From positions 62,001-126,000 of the forward strand of contig DF237059.1 in assembly GCA_000708835.1 (NCBI GenBank): DNA of 64,000 nucleotides, read 5' to 3'. Made by a program: the position numbers and the translations under genes. This DNA is from Klebsormidium nitens (taxonomy: Eukaryota > Plantae > Klebsormidiophyceae). The notes beneath the pieces are model-generated. The model was not told where the DNA came from. It did not search any database and worked only from the letters and a program-made list of their open reading frames with translations. This document shows, piece by piece, positions 1 through 10,500 of the stretch. Position 1 is the stretch's first letter. Each line of letters starts with the position of its first letter.

Positions 1-584
1 TAAGGTAGTCGCACTGGGGCGGTTAGGGTTAATTTGTTGGTTAGGTGGGTATGGGTGCGGAGCAGTTATCTTTTCGGGTTATGCTTTTTGGTGTTAGTCG
101 GAGCTCATTGTTATTATCTTGGCTTAATATTATCTTACTTGAGAACTATCAAGGTGGGGGTGGGGGGGATCTGAACTCAAGATGCTGGGGGTTCAAATTT
201 CGAGCCGAGTGCAGATCAGGGACCAGTAATGTCGGTCTCTTGGCAGCTCTAAAGGCTGGCACAAGCGATATTTCAATAATGGACGTGAACTTGACCGGCT
301 CCACTATACCTAGTTCCAATGTAGTACAGCCGCCTTCCTTGTGTTAGCACGCTGCTTCTCAACCCCTAGTACAATTTCGACGGTCGTTTTAGCGGAGCCT
401 TGAACGTTCCTTCTTTCAGCTGTTGAGCGCGAACTAGAGCGGTGCTGGATTCCTAGCATCTCGCGGACGAATAGAGGCAAACTTCCGCTTTGGTCAGGAA
501 GGCCCCTGTAGGCAGAGGAGGTGCCCCCTTAAAAGTCGCCGCGACTTGGACCTGAAAAAGGGAATTTTACTCCGCCTCTGTTTC

Positions 585-925
585 CGACCACAGCTGCTGG
601 GTAAGGCGTACCCATACGTGGCACGCCGCTTACTGACGGACCCGTCCCCTGGGCTGCGGCAAAAACAATACCCACTGATCCAAAATGCTCATCCTCAAAA
701 CGTTCTCTTAAGCGCTTATCCCTCTTTTATCCGCAGCTGCTGGGAAAGGCGTACCCATAGTCGCACGCCGCCAACTTACCGACCCGTCCCCTGATCTGCC
801 GCAAAGATAAAAACCCACTGATTCGGAAAAACTCATCCTCAACAGAATGATTTATCCCTCTTGTTTTCGCAGACACTGTGTAAGGCGTACCCGTATGTGG
901 CGCGCCGCCTGCTGACGGATCCCTT
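585..925 (+). repeat. Three degenerate tandem copies (~140 bp period) of the ABC1K acceptor plus exon start
   Basis: Copies of cag|ctgctgggtaaggcgtacccgtacgtggcccgccgc begin at 594, 737 and 873; the real exon begins at 1009. The 737 copy has an in-frame TAG (CCA TAG). Confidence 0.92.
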
Positions 926-1008
926 ACAATCCTGTACTGGACTTTTCTAGTCGTCCAAACCTTCCAAAACGTTCGTTTCTTGACTGCCCCTGTTTTCTTT
1001 TCTTTCAG

Positions 1009-2309
1009 CTGCTGGGTAAGGCGTACCCGTACGTGGCCCGCCGCCTGCTGACGGACCCGTCCCCCGAGCTGCGGCAGGCGCTGGAGGAGCTGCTGCTGAA
1101 GGACGGCAAGTTCCGGTGGAACCGCCTGGAGAACCTGATGCGCGAGGGGCGCAAGAGCCAGGGCTTCGACGACGCGCAGCTCTGGATGCTGCTCGACTGG
1201 CTTGTTTCCGAGCAGGTGAATGTACTCAATGATCGTGGATTTGTTCCTTTGTCTGTAGCGCTTTGGTGTTGATTTGTTACGGGTACTTTTTGGAAGCGAC
1301 GCGCAGCCCTGGATGCTGCTCGACTGGCTCGTCTTGAAGCAGGTAGGAAAACGCGCACCGACTTTTGAGGTACTTTAAGAAAAGAGACAAAAAGACGTAT
1401 GCTTTGGCGTCGGCGTGAAATGTAAGAAAGGGCTGTGTGTCAATGATGCAGCTTGTGGATGCACGTCGTTCTTTTCACTGTAAGCCACTGGAGTTCTGCC
1501 AACTTTTCGGTTGAGGTTGAACCGACCGAGATTAGCTCGTTGACCACGTAATCGAGGAGACTTTGTTGTCGTAGAACCATGGAGGATTGGGTGTTGCGCT
1601 TGTAGAAATGTGACGTCCCGCATCAGACTTTGCCTCACGAATGACATGTAAGATAACGCGACGCTTCTCTTATCAATGATCGTTCTTCCTTCCTTCTGGT
1701 AGCACTCTATGCCTGAAGAAGGGTTTCGTGGTGTACTTGCCATGCCTAAGGTCGGGTATACAACATCTTATTACCTCAATTCGATGATAACCCTGAGCTA
1801 CAATTAGCTTCTTTCCGCAGGCGGACACGATTCGACAGCCGCTATCGAAGGAGATTGTTCGCCTGATCGACGCGTTCGGCTACCACACCACCCGGCGGGC
1901 CGCGACAGCTGTCGCGGGTTTCGTCGCTCGGCTCGCCCCGAGCGAAGCCGAAGACCTGACCGACCGGTGGTTACCCATGAAACTCGCCGATAGAGAAGCG
2001 TACAACCGGGCACAAGTTTTGGGTCAGGCAGTCAGCATGCGAACACCTAGCGCAAATTTCGGGGCGGTTGTGGCGCAGCCCGAAAATGAGAACCCTCTAG
2101 AGGTGGCGGGGAGGCTAGCGAGGACGATACCGGACAGTGCGGCTGAATTGCGGCAGCAGATAGAAAAGGTCGGCCCGCAGATACAGCGGTTGATGAACAC
2201 CCCGGGGGGCGCGCAGATGATCGGAGATGTGGGCCGGGGGGTGATGCAGCGGGTTGCCGCGAGGGCTCTGAACTTGCTGCTTAGACGGGATGTGAAAGAA
2301 GAGAGGTGA
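1009..2309 (+). CDS. ABC1K: ABC1/AarF-family atypical kinase (ABC1K3-like), last two exons only (1009-1215, 1821-2309); 5' part lies upstream of the window
   Basis: Exon 1009-1215 follows tttcag and reads LLGKAYPYVARRLLTDPSPELRQALEELLLKDGKFRWNRLENL, the conserved C-terminal block of plastid ABC1K proteins. Donor CAG|gtgaat at 1215; acceptor ttccgcag at 1820; phase 0; open to TGA at 2309. Subfamily assignment is from recalled similarity. Confidence 0.88.
1298..1344 (+). repeat. Degenerate copy of the ABC1K exon 3' end plus donor, inside the downstream intron
   Basis: gacgcgcagccctggatgctgctcgactggctcgtcttgaagcag|gt matches 1171-1217 (gacgcgcagctctggatgctgctcgactggcttgtttccgagcag|gt); offset 127 bp. 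Confidence 0.9.
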
Positions 2310-2997
2310 CGGCGTCAGTACATTAGAAGGTAGCGGAGCGGAGCGGAGCGCTGTACATGCACTACTTGGTGCTTGCAAGGAGACGCGGTGGGACTCCAAG
2401 GTATGCTCTGATTACATTGATTGGCGGGATACTAAAGAGTTGAGATAATTTTCTAGATTGAGCATATGAGTGCATGGTCGGATTAAGTTCAAAAACCAGG
2501 TATCTGAATGACAAGATAGCAACCTTGACTTACACAGACTACAGTTGTTTGATCAGTATCAACTTTATAACGTGCTATTCAATTTGGATTTTTGAATTCT
2601 TGGATCTCTGCCTTCAGTCCTGTCCTAACGATCAAATTATCGGTATGAGGATGAACGTATTCAGGTAGCTGCCGACGCCATGCGCATGTCAATCATATTG
2701 GGCTGCGGAAAGGCAGAGTTGTCAGCTAGCTGTTCTAGCTGTCAGCCGCAGAGACTGCACAAGCAGCTCCGCATCGAGCAGGGATCGACAGCTTTATTAC
2801 CGCTTGGATCTACAAGAGGTTACAAGAATGATGTATACCTAGGCGCCCATACTCTGTGGTAGTAGTAGCATACCGGTACTGTGCATTTAAAGGGCGCATA
2901 TCAGGCGATAACAGGGATCAACCGGTAGTGGTTGCAAGTGGCAACCTGGTGCAGTGACTTACTGACAATCCGGTGCAATCTTAAACCCGCAGCTTCT

Positions 2998-4747
2998 TTA
3001 ACTCTCTCGAACGGCCGTATAAGTAACCCAGTACATAGGAACAAGAGCATTAGCGGCATGCGCCGGTGTTATGCTGTTTATTTTCAACCGTAGGACATTC
3101 TCTGGTCTTAGGTCACCCCTTTGAATGGCATTACATACAGCCCTATGTCCTCGCTCCCTGTTCCAATCTTCCTTCTGACACATTTCACTACAATATTTCA
3201 CAGCTTTACATCTGCATGGCAAAAGAATGGAGTGAATCCTAGAGTTCAGGACTGGCTTTCATGCAATAAAATGAGTAGACACCACAAAACAAATAGTTTT
3301 GTCCCAAATGCTTGTTTTTGTTGAGCGTTACGTATTGCAAAGCAGAGCTCTTACCTTGAGCAACCAAATCACATTACGAAGCCACTCAGTCGCCTCAAAT
3401 AATTCAATTTGGCATGCGCAAGGGAATCAAACCCCTCAGATATACACCCTTTACAACCAACCAGCACCTTCTGGATATCATGGACGAATTGCTGAGTAGG
3501 TTCAAAAAGTTGTCGTCAACACAAGGTTCTGATGGACAATCTGCAACGCTGTTGCTCCTACCCAGGGCTCTCAACGAAACAGTGAGCCAAATGTCAAGCG
3601 ACAAAAGTTACACCAGAAGGAGATCAAAGGATGGTGAATGTCGACTTCAGCTAGAAGGCAAGAAACTCAAGCACGAAAAAAGATCCCCTTTGACCCAAAC
3701 AAGCGCAAAGGAAGAAGATTGATTAGTTGGTCAAGACATAAAAGGTCTCTTGGAAGCTGAGCCTAGGAAGAGGACTTTCACTGCAAAGCAAAAACAGCAA
3801 TGAGATCTCGAGGGGCAACCTGTCTGAAGCAGTACCGTCCACACCATCATTAAATCTCACTCCAAGCTACCACACCCATTGGGAGACGAACGTCCTCAAG
3901 CAGAAAGCATATGCTGCAGAAGCGATCTTGTGCAGCTCACCTGCCACAATGTCGGAACCCTACGTTGTGCTTTCTGCAGAGTTGGCAAAACTCTACTAAG
4001 GCTAGCAGCGCCTTGGTTTTATTGACTGCCTCCTGAAGCACGTACTTGCGCTCCTCGTAAATGGCCTGGCAGCTTTCGTGAACGAGTCGCTCCAGCTGCA
4101 TCTGATCGAAAGGACCGTAGTCTGCCGTGTAGAACTTGTGGCATTGCCGCAGTATCCGAAGCCGTTCCTTCCGCGTGACTGGCTTGATCTGAGATGCCAA
4201 AAGCAAGTGCTGTTCTGACAGAGATTGGAGCAACATATTAAAGTGAGAGAATAAAGACTCTGCTGACGTTTTTGGTCTCTAAAATTCAGCTTTCTCTTGC
4301 ATGATGCGCCAATTAATCCCAAGGTTATCGGATGCTGATCAGGAACAGGATAGCTGCACCTGTGGCCCCTCCTTTAGGCATGCGCAATAGTGAAGTATAC
4401 AAGAAAAGTAGACAGGAAAGAGTATTGTTACTGCACCAACGAATTTTCTGACAGACATCTTTCCAATGTATTGACAAAAGGTGACCCAAGCGCACGCAAC
4501 TCTTTAACATTGTCAGAGAGAGAGGTACAAAAAGAAGAAGGATTCAACCTGAGAGCTAGGCCCTTCTTACTTTGATTTTTCGTCTCTGAAGTACAAGCTC
4601 ATAAGAGCTCACAACAGATTCCCACATGAGAATGTCTTTCTCTGGCCAAATGTCCTCTTCAGTTCTCACAACACTCTCAGCCCACCGACTGTCCATCTCT
4701 GACATGATGGCCACTAAGCCTTGCAACCCTGCCTTTTTGTTCCTCAT
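2998..4747 (-). CDS. zf-MYND domain protein (exons 4571-?4747, 3941-4188, 2998-3211; 5' end uncertain, possibly extending to 4883)
   Basis: Splicing 3941|3211 (AG|A, phase 2) builds CQLC-RKHNVGFRH-CGRC-KAVKY-CSEMC-QKEDWNRERG-HRAVC, a canonical MYND finger. Donors gtaaga and gtgagc; acceptors tctcag and atgcag. Confidence 0.8.
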
Positions 4748-5255
4748 TAAAGGGAGTTTTGACAAGGTGAGGATGCGGGTTCATAAGAGTACATGATGCA
4801 GGTTGAAGTGGGCAATCCTCATCGACCTTTTCTGCAACCCTGGCGCCCTTCTTCAATTTCTTGTCAGAGACAGCATGTGCCATTGCTCAAGAATGCGACG
4901 CTTAGACGATGCAAGTCAAATACTGATTCTTGTGGCATGCGGCCTATTGCAACAACCAACGACCGTCACCGCAGTCCCGACACCACGGGCTCGACAGGTC
5001 ACCACTGTCACCAGGAACGGTCTCCCTTTCCGGGTTGCTCCAGAGCCAGGCCCAAAATGAATGCTGCTCATTTCACAAACTAGCGCCAGAGTCTGCCGAC
5101 TCCGGTGGTATACCGGTAATACTACATGGTTGGCCGTCTATGCGACGGCAAGGGCTCGCCTCTTCCGTTGATTATGATTTCGATCTACGGTTGGTGATTC
5201 GCCATGGCATCTATCGTCGAATCCTCTTTTTAACGGTATGGATTTGTTAGTGGTT

Positions 5256-5879
5256 NNNNNNNNNNNNNNNNNNNNNNNNNNNNNNNNNNNNNNNNNNNNN
5301 NNNNNNNNNNNNNNNNNNNNNNNNNNNNNNNNNNNNNNNNNNNNNNNNNNNNNNNNNNNNNNNNNNNNNNNNNNNNNNNNNNNNNNNNNNNNNNNNNNNN
5401 NNNNNNNNNNNNNNNNNNNNNNNNNNNNNNNNNNNNNNNNNNNNNNNNNNNNNNNNNNNNNNNNNNNNNNNNNNNNNNNNNNNNNNNNNNNNNNNNNNNN
5501 NNNNNNNNNNNNNNNNNNNNNNNNNNNNNNNNNNNNNNNNNNNNNNNNNNNNNNNNNNNNNNNNNNNNNNNNNNNNNNNNNNNNNNNNNNNNNNNNNNNN
5601 NNNNNNNNNNNNNNNNNNNNNNNNNNNNNNNNNNNNNNNNNNNNNNNNNNNNNNNNNNNNNNNNNNNNNNNNNNNNNNNNNNNNNNNNNNNNNNNNNNNN
5701 NNNNNNNNNNNNNNNNNNNNNNNNNNNNNNNNNNNNNNNNNNNNNNNNNNNNNNNNNNNNNNNNNNNNNNNNNNNNNNNNNNNNNNNNNNNNNNNNNNNN
5801 NNNNNNNNNNNNNNNNNNNNNNNNNNNNNNNNNNNNNNNNNNNNNNNNNNNNNNNNNNNNNNNNNNNNNNNNNNNNNNN
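5256..5879. other. Assembly gap (624 N) flanked by an identical 91-bp sequence on both sides
   Basis: 5164-5254 is identical to 5880-5970 (tccgttgattatg...ttagtggt). Confidence 0.95.
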
Positions 5880-6409
5880 TCCGTTGATTATGATTTCGAT
5901 CTACGGTTGGTGATTCGCCATGGCATCTATCGTCGAATCCTCTTTTTAACGGTATGGATTTGTTAGTGGTGACACCAGCCACCCGAGCAAGCGCGCAGTT
6001 TCGACGTCGAAGACCGTTGACATGCACGAAGCCCGACACTAGAGCTCCCACCGTGCAGCGTTCGGACCAAAATGCTCGATTCTTAAGCGTTGACTGCGCC
6101 GCCCGCGCAGCCCAGACCGGGAAAATCTCGCACCGTTATACGGTCAAATATAGACACCCAGACTGTACGTTTTATCGTCGAACACGGCCAAGTTGAAGCC
6201 AACCCAAGCAGGTCAAACGGCAGGCCCGCGCCGCGGCGTCGTACAGTGGCCGAAACGCCGATCCCTATGGTTCCTCTCTTCCTAAGAGGAAGAGGCGAGC
6301 CAATATACAGTATACCTATACCATTGAACTACCAGTGGCAGTAGGTACCGTAGACTGAAAAAGTTATTAGTCCATTATAATCCACCGTACATTCAACTTG
6401 TCATCAGGT

Positions 6410-6898
6410 CAGGGGTCGCCACAGGTTTTCGAAAATGTCGGCTCAAAGCCGACTCCCTTGTAAATTCATCGGCTTCTCGCCTATATTTTGGGGTACCGTA
6501 GTCCACCGTGATGATTCCGAACGATTTTATTTCGAATTATTTTCCAAAAATCCGACGAGGAAAGTGGAATTATTTATGCTGATTCCGACCAAAATCCGAA
6601 TGCCCTATGGTCTCACTCAAAAGGGGAGTTTTTGGCTGCTTTTGGCAGTTTTACGGCTTCCGAGGACCATTTCAGGGTTATTTTACCTTTCCGAATTTTC
6701 ACTTTCCGAATGGGAAATCCGAATATCTGACTTTCCGAACGCAGATAATTATTTATTTATTCGGAATCATCACGTTGGACTACGGTACTTGTCGGCTTCT
6801 CGCTTTGGCCTTCGAGCCGGGTGCTTCTTAATTTTGTCGGCTTTTCGGAAATTTCAATGTCCCGGGGATCACGGTTAGTCGGCTTGTGCCGACCCCTG
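6410..6898. mobile_element. Non-autonomous hAT-superfamily element / MITE (489 bp)
   Basis: TIRs caggggtcgccacagg (6410) and cttgtgccgacccctg (ends 6898), 14/16 match. Perfect 8-bp TSD CATCAGGT at 6402-6409 and 6899-6906. Interior is AT-rich with many TCCGA/TCGGA subterminal motifs and no transposase ORF. Confidence 0.9.
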
Positions 6899-7541
6899 CA
6901 TCAGGTATTTCAAAATTTCGCGGGAAGCTGATACATGGTCGATGCCTATTGGCTATGAGATTGTACAGCGTTGCCACGTGGACCCGGCATGAATGCATTT
7001 AGCTACGTCACGGTTCAATCTTGTGCGTCATGGTATTAATCGCGTTATATGGCCTTAAACATGTTTGACTTGACCGTTGCCATGCATGTAAGCCATCATG
7101 GCAACCCGCAGGCAGTGCACGCCTGTCGTACTGCATCTCAATGTGTGGATATCAAACATGTTGCAGGCCCGCCCTCTATCGGCTATCCGTAGGCTGCTGA
7201 CAGCCGCGAGCGACATCTCATAGTTATTGATGATCTATTGACCATGCATGAACCAAAAGCAACTCCAGCTGCAGCGAAGACTCACTGAGCTACAAGGACT
7301 CCGCCAGAGCACGGCCTTGGGCGCGGCGCATCGAGCGACCACGCTCACAAGCACGGAACAGAGTAAAGTTCTGTATGATTGCATAAAGAGCTGTCAATGT
7401 GCATCCACTCGCGATGTAAAGCAGTGTAAATGGAGGTACAAGCTAGCGGGGGTCCGGTCCCAACCATGAAGCAAATAGCATGACGATAATCGTCTAGCGA
7501 GGTCGGATCCCTCCCCGTCGGATAGCGCTGCTGGGCTTGAC

Positions 7542-10500
7542 TTACTCAGGCATTGAACAATACCAAAACGTTTGCGTACTAAGGTTGTTTGTATCCTTAT
7601 ACTTTTTCTCGGTCCCTGGCCGCACGCCGCCATCCACCCAATCTTCCCGCTGGATCCAAGCCTCCGAATAATCCAGTACGCCTAGGATACACCCACCGCG
7701 CCAGGCGAGTGTCCTCGGATCGCCCCGATTTTTGACCACCTGAATGACAGCGGGTAGACGGACCAATCGTTTATAGTACGTGGTCAGAAAGCAAGTAATC
7801 AACGGCGCGGAGAAGCCATGAGCTGTTGGGCAGAACGTTGAAGGTGATTGATGGCAGAGCACGTATCAGGAGATCAGGAAGCCGACTGAGGACCAAGGAC
7901 AAGTCAAGCCAACCGGCCACCGCCCATGATCTCTTAACCGGCAACTCGACAAGCTCCTGTAGAGGGCGTCCGTTCTCGTAAGCAGTCAGAATCACCGTCA
8001 GACAAGTGCGGAAGCAAGCAACGGCCCACTTTCAGACAGTCTGCTTGTAGTGGAATCAAAGTGGCCGACTTGAGTTGGAATTTGTCAGGAGCCATGCAAG
8101 CAACACGCGGATCCCCACTCGCCGACCTGGAACCGCCCCAGTCGAATTAGCCCAAAATCCACAGAACACTTGAGCTTCTGGTTGATATGGACGGTTGATG
8201 CTGAGGCTGATAACTCGAGGCGGATCCTAGATGGGCGACTTGGAGCACACGTTTCTCCGTCCACCTATGTGTCACTAGGAAGCTTCCAAACGGAGCTTCG
8301 CTAGCCGCCAGAACCAGACTCGTTCCGAGCCCGGTTTCCTGTCTGATCACCCTGCCAGAAGCACTTTTGACCAGGCTGAAACCAGCCTTTTCCAGCAGTC
8401 CACCGTCCACAACCAGAGGATAATCCCCTCAACCTTCGCGTTCGATCCCAACCGTCCCTTCAAACCTCCCTCGCAATGGGAAAGGCCCCTCACCTCAACC
8501 GTGTCCACATCGATGTCCCCGGGGATGGAGTGGAGCACTCTCTCTTCCACGAAGTCCACGACGCCCGGTATGAGGGCGCCCCCTCCGATGAGTTGGATGG
8601 ACGAGAACAGCTTCTTCTTGAGCTCGGGGCTGTCTGTACAAGGAAGGGGTTCAATCAGGTTAGGTTTCGCCTCGACCGAAATGGGTGAGCGCTCATCTCC
8701 GGTCCTCGGACCAATGAGAACGCTTCGATCAATCACGTGGTAAGTAAGTAAGGACCTGGTACAGGATCTTGGCTGGAGCTCTAGTGTACGAAGTTGTTAC
8801 GCAGACCGGAGATGCGAAGCTGGCGAGCCTGGCATCTCCTGTCGACGCGGAACCTTAGATGGATCCGTGCGGACAATACCCAAACCTTTAGACGGGAGAT
8901 CTTTTGACTACTCACTTGTTGAATGTCTCATTCATTCGAAACGGAGGCTGGCTGTACGACTTTCCTGATGGGAGACGTCCGCAAGCAGAGGAAGCTTAGA
9001 CGACAGCAAGTGCGGACAAAGCTGAGAGAACAAAGGCGGCCTCTTGATCAAGTTTCACGTCCTGCGCTCGTTTCTAATTCCGTTCCTTCCTCACCTCTTT
9101 CTTTCGGTCGCATTTCGGCATTTTTGTGCTATTCATTCCGTCCGCCTCTCGTGTCTAACACATTCCAGAGGCACATCGACCAATAGTTCCAACGCAACGA
9201 AACGCATTGTAAGCGACCTTGCAGAGCCAAGAATCCGCTCACAAGTGCTCAGAATGCTGCGCACAATTGCAACGTCAACGCCAGTCACCGGGGCTCCAAT
9301 CGCGCCCGGAGAAAGTCGCCGGACAGAGTAAGCAGGTTCCCAAGCCCGACACAAAGCGAACACATTTAAAGCAACCATGCAGAGCCTAAAACCTTCGACT
9401 CACAAGTGCTCAGAATGCTCCGCACAATCGCAGCGTCCACCCCCGTCAGCGTCGTTCCCGCCAGCCCCATACCCCCTTGCTGAAACGAGTACAGCGGGTC
9501 TCCGACGAGCTCGGAGGCGCGTCTCCCGGGCTCGGCCAGGCCCGCGTCATCCAGAAGCTCCTCATAGTCCTCCGAAAGACTGCGCGGAACGCGAGCATAG
9601 GTCAATCGGCGGTCGCGGTTGTCGTGTTGCTTTTCATTTGCGTCTCTTTCCTTTCGATGGTCTCTGTGTCGCGGTAACAACGCACGAGGCACAGCGGACA
9701 AAGTCCGAAACAATGTCATAGCGTTATAGAAAGAGCTGTGGACCGCTCTTTTATGCAAAGCTGGACGCTGTTTCTTAAGCACTTTGTTGTGAAGCAGATT
9801 ACCGGAGGAATGTCCACTCCTTACAAGCAAGAGACCATGGATGCGAGCCTTACAGCACTGTGTCGGCTACCAGAATCTGTGGATATCTCCAAATCTCCGA
9901 CTGATCTTAGAGAGCAGCAAGCTTACCGTTCTTGACAATCATCTGCACATTCGCACCAGCATAATGCTCAACCGAAGCTACCATACGCACGCGTGATTTG
10001 AACGAGCCGGCTTGAGGGACCACTCACGCGCTCTCGTTCGGAGGGGGGTACTCTTCTGGGGCGAGCAACCGGGGGTAAAAGAGGCCAACTGGTGCGAGGT
10101 TTGGGGAGCCCACGAGTGACATCTCGTAGTGCTCGGTTGACGCGCCTTTCTCCCGGACCTTGAAATGCACGGAGGGCTCCACGTGTCCCCCCTCGCCGAA
10201 GAAGCAGTGCTCCTCTTTCAGGCTTTCAAGCAGTAGACGGTCCTGGGGGGTAACACAAAGATGCGAAGTCAGGGGGCGTGAGACAGCAAGGATATGCTGA
10301 TTGGTTACCCAGGCGGTAGTGAGTGAATTTGGTTTGTTGAGCGATGCTTTTCTGTTCAGAAGCGTGGGGTAGCGCCTGAAGGCTGCGGGCAGAGATGGTC
10401 TCTGTACATAGGTTTCGGATCAGACTGAGACTCTACGCAGGCTTGAGTTCGGAGCATGGTCCGTCTAATGGACTTGAAGGCAAAGGGCTCCTTTAACGCC

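Noticed and set aside
5230-6051. Long ORFs 5230-6051 (-) and 5238-5966 (+)
   Set aside because: They consist almost entirely of X residues from the N gap.
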